The notes under the pieces: generated by a model
What the model saw: only the letters and a program-made list of their open reading frames with translations
What the model was told of the DNA's origin: nothing
Database searches by the model: none
From: a virus
Length of the DNA: 64,000 nucleotides
Direction: 5' to 3' (one strand)
Virus record (IMG/VR): IMGVR_UViG_3300025896_000030
Coordinates: 3,763-67,762 of that record
Position numbers and translations under genes: made by a program
Shown: positions 9,241 through 19,744 of the stretch, piece after piece
How positions within the stretch are numbered: position 1 is the stretch's first letter
Layout: each line of letters begins with the position of its first letter

Positions 9241-9722
9241 ATATCAACATTACAACGGTGGTTGGCATCAAGCAAGTGATCGCCAACATGAAGCGGAAGA
9301 CGGCTCGCTTTCATCGCGGAATCGAGCTGGGGCTTGCTCGTGGTGCGCTGTTCGGACTTAGAGAATCTAAGCTCCAAGTTCCCGTTGAGTTTGGTCCTCT
9401 CAAAGCATCGGGTGAAGTGCGACAGACGGGCAAAGGGTTTTCTGCTGTCAGCTCGATTCTCTATACAGCTGCCTATGCGGGCTATGTGCACGAGAAGGTC
9501 GAGATGAAATGGAAGGGTCTGCCTCGCGGCAATCCTTTCGGCAAGCCAAACAAGAAAGGAAAAGTGGAACAATACGGGCATAAAGGTCTGTATTGGGATC
9601 CACAAGGACGCGCTAAAGCTAAGTTTCTCGAGGATCCGGTATACGACAACAAGGACAAGATTGGAGCGATCGTGAAGGACACGGTGTTCCGCTACGTCTT
9701 TTTAGACGGACCTTTTCTATGA
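9237..9722 (+). CDS. HK97 gp10-like neck/tail component
   Basis: VPVEFGPLKASG, YAGYVHE, AKFLEDP. Confidence 0.7.
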   Translation: MNINITTVVGIKQVIANMKRKTARFHRGIELGLARGALFGLRESKLQVPVEFGPLKASGEVRQTGKGFSAVSSILYTAAYAGYVHEKVEMKWKGLPRGNPFGKPNKKGKVEQYGHKGLYWDPQGRAKAKFLEDPVYDNKDKIGAIVKDTVFRYVFLDGPFL

Positions 9723-10198
9723 ATCTTGGATCTGAAATAATTCAAAAGTGGCTCCAAGATCAAGGACTGGTCAATGGTACGACTTGGCCATCTAAAATTG
9801 AGAGCTTCCCCGAGGATCCTGACAATCTCGTCGCGATCATCACGACTAGCGCGGTCAAACAAGGTCGCTTGATGGAAGGGGAAGTGATCGAGAAACCTAC
9901 TTTTGAAATCCAAGTTCGTTGCAGAACGTTCAAGGATGGCTATCTAAAAATGCTGGCGATCCAGCAGGCGATTGACGCTGTGCACAAAAATGAGGTGTCG
10001 ATTGGAGATGACACTTACGTCCTGCACGCCATCAAGCGCAACAGCGGGTTCGCTCCCTTAGGCGCGGAGACGACGAGTCTAAAGCGTCGTGAGTGGTTCG
10101 TATTGCCCATTCAAGTGACACTGTTCCAGTCCTATGCTCCAGTGATCATAGGTGAGGATTTCAATCAGGAAGATTTTAATACGGAGGACTTCGCATGA
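9719..10198 (+). CDS. Tail terminator-like protein
   Basis: EKPTFEIQVRC motif; position before tail tube. Confidence 0.6.
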   Translation: MNLGSEIIQKWLQDQGLVNGTTWPSKIESFPEDPDNLVAIITTSAVKQGRLMEGEVIEKPTFEIQVRCRTFKDGYLKMLAIQQAIDAVHKNEVSIGDDTYVLHAIKRNSGFAPLGAETTSLKRREWFVLPIQVTLFQSYAPVIIGEDFNQEDFNTEDFA

Positions 10199-11031
10199 CA
10201 CGGGAAGAATTAATTTCCAATATCGCCAGTCTGATCACGACGGGCGGAAATCAAACGTCGGCGGCGAAGATCAGAACGGCGCTTGGTAACCTCGTAGAAT
10301 CGACCTACAATCCCGATTCTGACGGAGCGCCTCTAAACGTGAATTATTTTGATCTCGTCTCGATGTTGTTTCGAGACGAAGTCCCCGCTTCTCCCAATGC
10401 AGCCAATGACGAGTTTTTGGGAGACTCCCTTTCGGATTCGTGGACTCTGTTTCAGAACTCCTCTCAGGTACTGACTGTGGAAAAGTCATTCCTGAACATG
10501 ACGAACACGGGACAATCGACGAATCTTGTTCGTGGCATTTTCAAGACTCTGCCCGCAGGAAATCTCACGATCATTTGCAAGGTGCATATTCCCATGCACG
10601 GGGGTGGAGATGGGAAAGTCGGTCTGTGTCTGTTTGAGGACGCGGCTTCCAATCAGAACACGACGCCGTTAGGTTATCTTGGGATCTATCTCGGGAGCAG
10701 CCCAAAGCTCATCGTGGAGACGGCGACGAACTATTCAGGCACGTTCACGGAGCGCGTCAGCTATGCGCCAGCAACGACTCCGTCACCTTTGTACCTAAAG
10801 ATCACACGCACGGGAAGTGCTTATACTTGGTTCTTCTCGACGGACGGAGTCGTGTGGCAGCAAATGCCTGCCTACGCTACGCTTCCTTTTACTGCGGGAC
10901 AATTTGGACTGATCGTGAACAACGCAGGTTCCGCATCAAAGCGCGGACTGTTCGACTGGGTACGAATCTACGCGACAGATCCCGGGATCTTGGGTGAGGT
11001 TCACGAGTTCCTCACGATGCCCGCAGAATGA
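10195..11031 (+). CDS. Virion accessory protein with ConA-like lectin domain
   Basis: YLKITRTGSAYTWFFSTDGVVW..GQFGL..FDWVRIY beta-sandwich pattern. Confidence 0.55.
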   Translation: MTREELISNIASLITTGGNQTSAAKIRTALGNLVESTYNPDSDGAPLNVNYFDLVSMLFRDEVPASPNAANDEFLGDSLSDSWTLFQNSSQVLTVEKSFLNMTNTGQSTNLVRGIFKTLPAGNLTIICKVHIPMHGGGDGKVGLCLFEDAASNQNTTPLGYLGIYLGSSPKLIVETATNYSGTFTERVSYAPATTPSPLYLKITRTGSAYTWFFSTDGVVWQQMPAYATLPFTAGQFGLIVNNAGSASKRGLFDWVRIYATDPGILGEVHEFLTMPAE

Positions 11032-11075
11032 TTTTCCGTTAGTTCCACATAACCTACTGAAGGAGTAATAACACA

Positions 11076-11525
11076 ATGAGAATAGATGACGGATTCCAAA
11101 CGCTGATTGAATTCAGCTTGGACCCAACTGTTAAACTCTGGGAGAAGGAAGTTACTCCTCCCGGTATTAGCAATGGAGGTCCTACTGACACGACCACCAT
11201 GCGCAACAATCGTTGGCGCACGATGGCTCCGAAGAAACTGAAGACCTTGACGCCCTGTTCGTTTACGGCTGCGTACGATCCTGTGATCTACCTCCAGCTG
11301 AACGCGCAAATGGGCATCAACCAGATCATCTCGATCAAGTTCGCTGACAACTCCCGTTTGCGTTTCTGGGGATGGCTCGATGAAGTCACTCCGGGCGCTG
11401 CTGTCGAAGGCGAGCAGTCCACTGCCGACTGCACGATTCAGCCGTCCAACACTGATGACAATCAGGATGAAGTCGATCCTGAATACATCGATCCGGACGG
11501 CAACACGAATCAGACGAACGATTGA
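11076..11525 (+). CDS. Major tail tube protein
   Basis: VTPPGISNGGPTDTTTM..PKKLKTL..AYDP..FWGWL; synteny. Confidence 0.75.
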   Translation: MRIDDGFQTLIEFSLDPTVKLWEKEVTPPGISNGGPTDTTTMRNNRWRTMAPKKLKTLTPCSFTAAYDPVIYLQLNAQMGINQIISIKFADNSRLRFWGWLDEVTPGAAVEGEQSTADCTIQPSNTDDNQDEVDPEYIDPDGNTNQTND

Positions 11526-11610
11526 CGCTTCCTCATCGTCTGCCTGCTTCTCACTCCCACCAAACGGAGCAGGCAGACAAAACCACAACACTAGATAAAA
11601 GAAATCCAAA

Positions 11611-11976
11611 ATGAGTCCCACACGCAAATCCTTCTCCCTCAAGCTCAAGGAAGAAGAAATCGACATCGACGGAGTTCCCTACAGGCTCCGCGAACTCACC
11701 GGCGCGCAACGCGATGCCTACATCAAGACTCAGTCTGATCGTGCCGAACGCAACGTCGAAGGCAAGGTCATCGGCGTCAAAAACTTTGATGGTATTCATA
11801 CAAAGCTACTTTCCATGTCGCTAGTAGACGCTAGCGGGAAGCTCGTGAAAGAAGAGGTTCTGCGCAGCTGGCCGTCCAGCGTGTGCGAAGCTCTTTACAC
11901 AGCCGCCCAAGAGCTTTCGGGTCTCGACAAGGCTGAGGAAAAAGGCGCAGCTGAGGAAGCTGCAAAAAACGATTAG
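11611..11976 (+). CDS. Tail assembly chaperone (lambda gpG-like)
   Basis: YRLRELTGAQRDAY; between tube and tape measure; ends at slippery A AAA AAC. Confidence 0.8.
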   Translation: MSPTRKSFSLKLKEEEIDIDGVPYRLRELTGAQRDAYIKTQSDRAERNVEGKVIGVKNFDGIHTKLLSMSLVDASGKLVKEEVLRSWPSSVCEALYTAAQELSGLDKAEEKGAAEEAAKND

Positions 11977-12350
11977 AGAGCGATTCGGAAAGATATTCGT
12001 GGTTTGAGTTAGCGCATGAACTCGGAATTCCGATTCAAGAGCTCCAACAAAAAACCACCTCAACTGAATTTCTCGAATGGGTCGCTTTCTTAAAGCTCCG
12101 GACGAATGATAGGAAAGTTGAACATTGGTATCTGGCACAGATCGCTCTCGAACTCCGGCGCTCCTACACCAAAAAGTCTAGCAAGCGCCTCGAAGATTTC
12201 TTCATAAAATTCAAACCGAAGTCGCAGCCCAAGGTAAAGAAACCGAAGACAGAGAAGGAAAGAAAAGAGCATATCAAACGTTCCAAGGCAGCGTGGTTCA
12301 TGGCACTTGATCTGGACGACAACGGAAGGAAGAAAAAGAGGAAAGACTAA
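11964..12350 (+). CDS. Tail chaperone gpT-like extension reached by -1 frameshift
   Basis: -1 frame open from the slippery site to TAA 12348-12350: WFELAHELGIPIQELQQKTTSTEFLEWVAFL; abuts tape-measure ATG. Confidence 0.8.
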   Translation, partial: KKRLESDSERYSWFELAHELGIPIQELQQKTTSTEFLEWVAFLKLRTNDRKVEHWYLAQIALELRRSYTKKSSKRLEDFFIKFKPKSQPKVKKPKTEKERKEHIKRSKAAWFMALDLDDNGRKKKRKD

Positions 12351-15221
12351 ATGAACAAGACAACCTCCCTGGGAACGCTGATTGTCTATCTCGCGGCGAA
12401 CGCCACGCAGTACGAGCGGGCGCTCAAGTCGATCGACACCTCCACGGCAAATGTCATGGAGCGTGTTGTCAACGCGGCCAAGTATGCGGCTGTCGGCGTG
12501 GTAGGCGCGTTGACTGCGATCGGCATTGCGGGAGTCAGAGAGTTTGCGCAGTTCGACAAAGCCATGACGCGATCGCTAGCGATCATGGACAATGTGACTG
12601 CTGAGATGCGTTCAGACATGGCGCAGGTTGCTCGTGACATCGCCAAAACCACGACGACGAGCGCAACGGAGGCAGCACAGGCGTACAAGTATTTGGGATC
12701 TGCGGGCCTCTCCGCTGCTCAGGCGATGAAGGCGCTGCCTGAGGTCGTGAAGTTCGCGGAAGCATCGCAAGTGAGTGCCGAGCAGGCAACGGCGCTTCTG
12801 ACTCGCTCCGTCGCGAGTCTCGGTCTCGCTTCGGAGGATACTGTACAGTACCAGAAAAATCTGGTACGCGTTATGGATGTTCTATCGACAGCCGCGAATG
12901 TGGCCGATGGCGATGCGACAGACTACGCAGTCTCGCTGCGCACGAAGGTGGGCGGATCTCTGCGTCTGCTCAACAAAGACATGGAGGAAGGCGTAGCTGT
13001 CCTGATGGCTTACGGAAAGCAAGGCATCCTTGCTGAGAATGCAGGCGAGCAACTAGCTCAGGTGCTGCGTGACCTGCAACGCGCTTCAATCGACAATTCA
13101 CAAGCTTGGGATTTCTTTGGAGGGAAGGTTTTCGATGCCTCAGGTAAGATGCTGCCTCTTGTGGACATCGTCGAACAGATGGAGAAAATTCTCGGTCCGA
13201 TGTCGGACGAGATGAAACGCGTTACTCTGACGACGATGGGTTTCCAAGACCGCTCAGTCAACGCGATGATGGCGTTACTGGGAACGTCTAAATCCATTAG
13301 GGAGTACGAGAAGGCGCTCAGGTCCGCCTCAGGTGCGACAGCTAAGGTTGCTAATGATCAACTCAAGACGTTTTCGTCGGAAATGACCATCCTGAAACAC
13401 AATGTGGAGGATGCGTTGCTGACGCTAGGAGACAAGCTTGTTCCCGTGCTTCAGGTGTTGAACAATGCAATCACAGGCACGTCTAAGGAAATGGGGGGAT
13501 TAAATACCACTGTCGAAGACATGACGGATTTGATGAAGAATGGGCTGGTTAACGTGGTGGGAGGAGCGATTGACGTTTTCCGTGGATTTGCAATCATAGG
13601 ACTGACTGCGCAGCGGGCGCTTAATGGTATCATAGGTGCGGGTGTCTATCTGGGCAAAGTGATCACTGTTGCTTGGCAAGCTTTTGAGGCGTTTGGTGAG
13701 GCGTTGGGTAGAGGGATTTTTTATATTCTCCAAAAAACGATCATTTCCGTAAGCACTAAAATTCAGGAAATGAGGAAGTTTATTATTGAGGCAAGTATCG
13801 CCTCCACAGAATTTCTGGCTAAGTGGCTCCCGGGAAAAGCTGGTGAAAAGGCGCAGGAGACAGCCAACAAGTTAGCCTCTGATTTGGAGGATGTTAAAAA
13901 CAACATCAAGGCTCTGGCAACCGAAAGTGAGATCCTTGAAAAAGTGATGACTGAAGGGGCTGTGGAGTATGACAAATTTGTGGAGGCAAAAGAAGACCTG
14001 AAAAAATTCCACGATGAAGTTGCTGCGGGCACGGACATATATTCACAGGCTAACAAGGAATTGGGTGATCTTAGGGACTGGATAATGGATGAAGGTCCCA
14101 GCGGAGCGGGGTTTAAAAAATCAGTCGATGAGCTAACCGACTCGGTCAAGAAAACCAGGGAGGAAGCCGAAAAAGATTTCGATATGAAAAACATTGAAAT
14201 GAAGCCCCGCCAACTCATCAAATCTGCGGAGGAGGTCTCGGCTGCATATCGAGCGTTGGAATGGGGCATGCGCGAGGCGATGAAAGATCCTCTGGGCGAT
14301 TCTCTGAAGGAGATGAGCAAATACAACGTGCTGCTGGAAAAAGGCATTATTACAATGGAGGAATTTGACAAGGTGAAACGCTCGATCACCGCCTCTCAAA
14401 ATCCTTTTATTTCCCCACTCAAGGGCATGGGGACGATGTCGGGAATTTCCGAGCAGGATCAGGTCACGCAGATAAACAATGAACTTCTGTTGCTCGAGGA
14501 CAGCTACAAGAAAAAGAAGGAAATGGAGGAACAGTATTGGAGGGATATGGCAGCCTCTAACACCGTCAATGGACAGCTGACGATCGAACAGGAAAAGCTG
14601 CGTCTGGAAACCATGGCTGAGATGCAAGCCACGTATGACGCAATGAGGAAGGAGGCAGAGTATGCGCGTGCGCATGTCATCCTCCAAGCGGGGCAGGCGG
14701 GATTCGACGCACTCACAGGAGTGATGAAAGACGCGTTCGGTGAGCAGAAGGGAATCTACAAGGCGATGTTTATCGCCTCGAAAGCGTTCGCCATTGCTGA
14801 TGCGACTCTGTCGATTCAGCAGGGCATTGCGCAGGCTGCGAAAGCAGAGCCATGGTGGATGAAAATACCTGCTATGGCAAGTGTTGCTGCTGCAACGGCG
14901 GGACTCATAGGGAATATCACTTCAGTGGCTCTGTCATTCGAGGGAGGCGGCTCTACAGGGAACGCCCCGCGCATCGGAGGGCTTGATGGCAAAGGCGGAT
15001 TCATGGCAATGTTGCATCCTCAGGAAAGGGTCGTCGATGATTACATGGATGAGGAAATCGCATCCCGTGCGCCTAATGTGAATGTGTATCAAACATTCAC
15101 AGGAGGCGTGACTGAATCTGATCTGATCCGCCAGACGTCGATCATGAAGCAGGAGACCAAGAGGGAACTTGCCGACGAGATTTCACGAGGCGGAGCTACA
15201 CGCGAAGCATTCCAACGCTAA
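12351..15221 (+). CDS. Tape measure protein (TP901 family)
   Basis: 956 aa, Ala-rich; FDKAM, YLGSAGLSA..ALP, AGEQL; C-terminal FEGGGSTG..GGLDGKGGFMAMLHPQERV. Confidence 0.9.
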   Translation: MNKTTSLGTLIVYLAANATQYERALKSIDTSTANVMERVVNAAKYAAVGVVGALTAIGIAGVREFAQFDKAMTRSLAIMDNVTAEMRSDMAQVARDIAKTTTTSATEAAQAYKYLGSAGLSAAQAMKALPEVVKFAEASQVSAEQATALLTRSVASLGLASEDTVQYQKNLVRVMDVLSTAANVADGDATDYAVSLRTKVGGSLRLLNKDMEEGVAVLMAYGKQGILAENAGEQLAQVLRDLQRASIDNSQAWDFFGGKVFDASGKMLPLVDIVEQMEKILGPMSDEMKRVTLTTMGFQDRSVNAMMALLGTSKSIREYEKALRSASGATAKVANDQLKTFSSEMTILKHNVEDALLTLGDKLVPVLQVLNNAITGTSKEMGGLNTTVEDMTDLMKNGLVNVVGGAIDVFRGFAIIGLTAQRALNGIIGAGVYLGKVITVAWQAFEAFGEALGRGIFYILQKTIISVSTKIQEMRKFIIEASIASTEFLAKWLPGKAGEKAQETANKLASDLEDVKNNIKALATESEILEKVMTEGAVEYDKFVEAKEDLKKFHDEVAAGTDIYSQANKELGDLRDWIMDEGPSGAGFKKSVDELTDSVKKTREEAEKDFDMKNIEMKPRQLIKSAEEVSAAYRALEWGMREAMKDPLGDSLKEMSKYNVLLEKGIITMEEFDKVKRSITASQNPFISPLKGMGTMSGISEQDQVTQINNELLLLEDSYKKKKEMEEQYWRDMAASNTVNGQLTIEQEKLRLETMAEMQATYDAMRKEAEYARAHVILQAGQAGFDALTGVMKDAFGEQKGIYKAMFIASKAFAIADATLSIQQGIAQAAKAEPWWMKIPAMASVAAATAGLIGNITSVALSFEGGGSTGNAPRIGGLDGKGGFMAMLHPQERVVDDYMDEEIASRAPNVNVYQTFTGGVTESDLIRQTSIMKQETKRELADEISRGGATREAFQR

Positions 15222-15227
15222 TTTACC

Positions 15228-15854
15228 ATGGCCATTGCATATCCACTCACAGCTCCCGAGCGCCCGGGATTTAGAAACTTCTCCTGGGAAGGTGAATCTG
15301 CGGTCGTAGTACAAAAACGCGAATTCACCTTCCAGCAGAAAGCCTATGGGTGGGATGGTCAGATCAGACGAGCGAACTGCGAACTAGGTCCGCTCATCAA
15401 TCGCGACATCATCGCGGAATGGGACGCGTTCATCATGTCGCTGAATGGGCAGCAAGGAACGTTCTATCTTCAGGATCCTTATCAATTTCGTTCCCGTGGG
15501 AACATTAAAAACTACCCAGGCGCAAGCGGCTCTGTGCAAGGAGCAGATCAGATCGGAGAATCGATTGTCACTGATGGTTGGCCGACAGGCGTGGCTAATC
15601 TGTTCAAAAAATCTGACTGGATATCGATTGGAGGTAGACTGTACCAATTGAGAGGAGACGTGAATAGTGACGGAGGCGGAGTCGCTACACTGCCCATCTG
15701 GCCATTCGCTCGCAAGGATCTTGCTAACGACGCTACTATTTTGACGGGGGAGAATGCTAAAGGCATCTTTCGCATGCTGCATTTTCCTCGCCTCGAATGG
15801 AACGTCGAGGAGCAGCGAGACGGCATCAGCTTTTCCTGTGAGGAGGCATTCTAA
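15228..15854 (+). CDS. Distal tail protein
   Basis: WDAFIMSLNGQQGTFYLQDP; directly after TMP. Confidence 0.7.
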   Translation: MAIAYPLTAPERPGFRNFSWEGESAVVVQKREFTFQQKAYGWDGQIRRANCELGPLINRDIIAEWDAFIMSLNGQQGTFYLQDPYQFRSRGNIKNYPGASGSVQGADQIGESIVTDGWPTGVANLFKKSDWISIGGRLYQLRGDVNSDGGGVATLPIWPFARKDLANDATILTGENAKGIFRMLHFPRLEWNVEEQRDGISFSCEEAF

Positions 15855-16435
15855 TGGCAGCTAGAGAGCTAACTCCTGAGATCATTGCTCTGATCAAAGG
15901 CAAAACGATCTTGCCTGCGTTGTTCATTCTCGCAGACTTCCCCACCACTCCCCGCTATGTTTGGACAGGGAAAGGACAGCAAGTGTTGAACGGTCACACT
16001 TACATTGGCATCGGTGGGCTGATCTCGATGGATCAAGCTGTTCAGGAAACTGTCGATACGGGAACGCAGGGCATCAGGTTTCAGCTAAGCGGGCTGGAGG
16101 ACTCTGTTATTCAGGAGATCACGACCGACAATTATCAAGGACACGAGGTCAGGATTGATCTCGGATTCTACGATCCCGCTAATTGGGATTTGTGGATGAT
16201 GCCGGATGCGTTCTGGAGAGGAACGCTAGACACTGACGAGGAGAACATCTCATCTAAGGAAAGGACGCTGACAATCTATGCGGAGCATCGCATGGTGGAC
16301 ATCTTGAGGAAACGGGAATTCAGATACACGCAAAAGCATCAGGAACAACTGTATCCCATGTCCGGGGACACAGGTTTGATGCACATCGAAAGAATCATTG
16401 ATATTTCCATTCCATGGGGGAGGACGCAGAAATGA
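15854..16435 (+). CDS. Tail hub / gpL-like protein
   Basis: YVWTGKG..GHTYIGIGGL, LSGL, RYT..Q..YP.DTG, IPWG. Confidence 0.7.
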   Translation: MAARELTPEIIALIKGKTILPALFILADFPTTPRYVWTGKGQQVLNGHTYIGIGGLISMDQAVQETVDTGTQGIRFQLSGLEDSVIQEITTDNYQGHEVRIDLGFYDPANWDLWMMPDAFWRGTLDTDEENISSKERTLTIYAEHRMVDILRKREFRYTQKHQEQLYPMSGDTGLMHIERIIDISIPWGRTQK

Positions 16436-16875
16436 GGCTGACTAAAATCGCTGGATGGGACACGCGGATGGCTCAGTACATCCACGAGAACTTTGGTCGC
16501 ACGTTCGATCGCGGAGAATTCGATTGTCGCAAGATGGTTTGTGAAATTCTGTTCGACATCACGGGCTTCGACTTCGGCAAGGACTGGGAAGGAAAGTATT
16601 CCAACGATAACGAGGCGAAGGAGATGCTTGAATCCTTGGGTCCTGATTCTTTCTTCCGTCTTTGCGACGATACTTTCTCAGCTGTGGGCTGGGAGAAAGT
16701 GAACTGGAAGCTAGCGCATCGAGGCGATCCTGTTTTCTTTGAATCCAAGAAAGACCCGTGGGCAGGATGTCTCGCAATCTGTGGAGGGCAGCATGCGTGG
16801 ACGCCTACGGAAAAAGGACTGACTCGTCTGCCCATGAAACTAGCACGCATGGCGTGGAAAATTCCCTATGTTTGA
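16432..16875 (+). CDS. NlpC/P60-like tail-tip protein
   Basis: FDRGEFDC, AHRGDPVF; lambda gpK position. Confidence 0.6.
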   Translation: MRLTKIAGWDTRMAQYIHENFGRTFDRGEFDCRKMVCEILFDITGFDFGKDWEGKYSNDNEAKEMLESLGPDSFFRLCDDTFSAVGWEKVNWKLAHRGDPVFFESKKDPWAGCLAICGGQHAWTPTEKGLTRLPMKLARMAWKIPYV

Positions 16876-19744
16876 CTTTTACCCAACCATCATAGCTGGC
16901 ATTGACCCATTCTCGTGGGTCATGATCGCACTGTTTGCGGTCAGTGGCGCGGTATCGTATGTTTCCTACCAGAAGGCAAAGAAAGCTGCGCAGCAGCAAA
17001 CGCGCCAGAAGTCAGGACTGCTGTACCAGACTAGGGGTTCTGCATTGCCTCGTCGCATTCCCTACGGGATGGTTCGACTGGGAGGCATCGAGGACAATGT
17101 CGCTGCTAGCGGACCCGAAAACGAATATATGCATTACATCCTGATTTGGGGGGAAGGACCCATCAGGAAGATCATCGAATTACAGTTTGACGGCGTCAAA
17201 GTAGAGCTGGAGGATTCGGGAGGGGGACTGCTAGTTCCTGTCGAAGGGTCTCCCTATGCGGGGCACGTTCAGATTCAGCACAATCTGGGCACGCTCGATC
17301 AAGAGGCTTTGGGTGTCGGGGAAATTCCCGAATGGACGGTAAACGACAAGTTGATAGGCATCGCTCATTCGTGGCTCAGGCTGAAATACAACGCGGACAA
17401 GTTTCCTAATGGAATTCCTTCTGCGTCTGTCGTGCTTGAAGGTCGGGTGGACATTTATGATCCGAGGGATGAGTCAACGGGGTATTCGACGAATCCCTCC
17501 TTGATTCAGAATCATTTCATGTGTCTCCAGAAGATGGGACCTGGGCTGGACTATGATGACGACATTGGAGAAGATGAGTTAGTTGCAGCTGCGAACGCGT
17601 GCGATGAGGAACCTACGATCAATGGAGGGTCGACAGGATCGGGGTCAGGCGGAGGTGGGGAAGTCAAAGGACCTCGCTACACATTCAACGGTGTTATCGA
17701 CCTCAGCAGATCAGCGGAGGAAAACATTCGCATATTCCGTACCTCGATGGCGGGGATTTCTGCTTATGTGGGAGGACGATGGAGAGTGTATGCGGGTGTC
17801 TATCGCGAGCCTTCCTTCGTCATCGACAAAACCAACCTAGTGGGACCCATTGTCACGCGCACACGTAGCAGCAAGCGAGACCGGTTCAATATCATTAATG
17901 GTGTCTATGTATCGCCGGCGACAGCGTATCAACCGACTGACTTCCGGTCTTACAGGCGGGATGACCTTATAGCTGAGGACGGGGAAGAATTGCCCGATGA
18001 CATCGAGCTCCTGAACACCGAAAGCCAGTCGATGTGCCGTCGTCTCGCGAAGATATTCCTTCTGAGGTCGAGGTATTCCCGCTCGTGTACCGTGCAGGTC
18101 GACATCGAGGCATTGGAAGTATCGCCCGGGGAGACGTGTTATCTCAATTTCCCCGAACTGGGATACGACATGACACCCATGGACATTCAGACATTGTCCA
18201 TGTCTATCACGGAAGGAAAGATTTCCTTCTCGATGAACCTCAAGGAAACGAATCCTCTGATTTACGAACCTGATCCTGATGAGGAGGGGGATTCAGGCGC
18301 CACGTATCTCGGCACTCGTTTCGCTCCGCCTCATCAAAGACCTGGAGCGGTCCCAGAAGGAGGAAACAACAACGAATCGTACTACCCCGACCTGTTCGAC
18401 ATTTATCAAAGGTTCCCTGGAATTCAGGAGGTGTATTGCAAGGCTCGTGGAGGTACTGCAACAGTGGCGGGGTTCGCAGAATTCACGGATGCCTCGACGC
18501 CTAAGCGTTACTACTTGGAGCAGAAGCAGAGCGGAAGTCAGGTGGAGTGTTTCTACAATACACCCGGCGGAGGCGGCGGGTGTGCAGAGGACGCTTGCAA
18601 CGATCCTACCGGAATATACGCATGGCTTCAATTCCAAGCTACGTGTAACATGGATGGAATGGGATATAAAATACACGTGGAGCGTGTTGATTTTTTGGTG
18701 GAGTCTGTCGTTTTGGAAAGCACAGGACAGGTCTCGCTCAATTGGAAAGTTGTAATAGCTAAGGAAAACGGGGGAGGCGGCAGCAAGGTAAAACTAGCGG
18801 GTGAGTGGCTTGTTTATAACTTCTCCGCTGGGACGCACACAGGTACGATTACAAGAAACAATGGAACCATTGGAGCATTGGAGGTTATAGCAGACTACAA
18901 TTCAGCTGGTTGTGGGGGACCTCCAGGGTATATTGTTAGTGGAGGAGGAGACTGGGAAACGCCTCCTTCTAATTGGGGAGCAACTGCGGGAGGATTTGTC
19001 ACCAACATCAATTTTTGTATTCCCGACACATCATCCACTAGGTGGGTCGCAAAGGGTTCTGCGATCATTGATCCTGCTGTGGATGTAGATGAAGCAACCA
19101 CAGACAATCGCGAGAAGGAAACGATTTACGCTGATGGGTGTCAACCACCCATGTCGGGGGGAAGTTCTACTTCCTCAACGGATCCTTTCATATCAGGAAC
19201 AGGAGGCGGCAAAGTGTCGGCTGTGATCGTTGCACGCACGACCAAGACGCAGCCGTCAACAAATGCCTGTGTGAGTGATCTACGGATTACTCATTCAGAC
19301 ATGAAGGTGGAGTTGCTGAATGAAGACGACGATGATGCTGCCATCGCTCGCTTGATGTCAGATCAGCCTGATTGGAGTGAATTGGAATGGGGCGATGCGA
19401 TGCTTATGCCTCCAGCAGGGCAGCTGTTCACTGAGGACGGATGTCCGTCTGAATGGTCTGGTCGCGGATATGGTGCTTATAACGGCAGAAATACGACATA
19501 CCTGCAAAAGAGAGTCCTGCTTAAACTGTATGGTTTCAATGCTGCCGGCGCGTATAAGGTGCGCGTGTTCCTGACAGGCAGACACATGCCTACTGGCGAC
19601 GTAGTCGCGAATAAAAAGGTCCTCACATTCGAGACCTACGCTGATGGATTGGGCAATACGGAATTTGAGTTCGACATGCCGCTCCAAGAATTCTGGCGTT
19701 TCTGGATGTCGGACATTCGTTACTATAAAATGGGGATGACCTGA
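16868..19744 (+). CDS. Tail tip / host specificity protein (gpJ-like)
   Basis: PRRIPYGMVRLGG, GEGPI, YSTNPSL, AANACDE, RYTFNGVID; Cys/Gly-rich C-terminal half. Confidence 0.85.
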   Translation: MFDFYPTIIAGIDPFSWVMIALFAVSGAVSYVSYQKAKKAAQQQTRQKSGLLYQTRGSALPRRIPYGMVRLGGIEDNVAASGPENEYMHYILIWGEGPIRKIIELQFDGVKVELEDSGGGLLVPVEGSPYAGHVQIQHNLGTLDQEALGVGEIPEWTVNDKLIGIAHSWLRLKYNADKFPNGIPSASVVLEGRVDIYDPRDESTGYSTNPSLIQNHFMCLQKMGPGLDYDDDIGEDELVAAANACDEEPTINGGSTGSGSGGGGEVKGPRYTFNGVIDLSRSAEENIRIFRTSMAGISAYVGGRWRVYAGVYREPSFVIDKTNLVGPIVTRTRSSKRDRFNIINGVYVSPATAYQPTDFRSYRRDDLIAEDGEELPDDIELLNTESQSMCRRLAKIFLLRSRYSRSCTVQVDIEALEVSPGETCYLNFPELGYDMTPMDIQTLSMSITEGKISFSMNLKETNPLIYEPDPDEEGDSGATYLGTRFAPPHQRPGAVPEGGNNNESYYPDLFDIYQRFPGIQEVYCKARGGTATVAGFAEFTDASTPKRYYLEQKQSGSQVECFYNTPGGGGGCAEDACNDPTGIYAWLQFQATCNMDGMGYKIHVERVDFLVESVVLESTGQVSLNWKVVIAKENGGGGSKVKLAGEWLVYNFSAGTHTGTITRNNGTIGALEVIADYNSAGCGGPPGYIVSGGGDWETPPSNWGATAGGFVTNINFCIPDTSSTRWVAKGSAIIDPAVDVDEATTDNREKETIYADGCQPPMSGGSSTSSTDPFISGTGGGKVSAVIVARTTKTQPSTNACVSDLRITHSDMKVELLNEDDDDAAIARLMSDQPDWSELEWGDAMLMPPAGQLFTEDGCPSEWSGRGYGAYNGRNTTYLQKRVLLKLYGFNAAGAYKVRVFLTGRHMPTGDVVANKKVLTFETYADGLGNTEFEFDMPLQEFWRFWMSDIRYYKMGMT

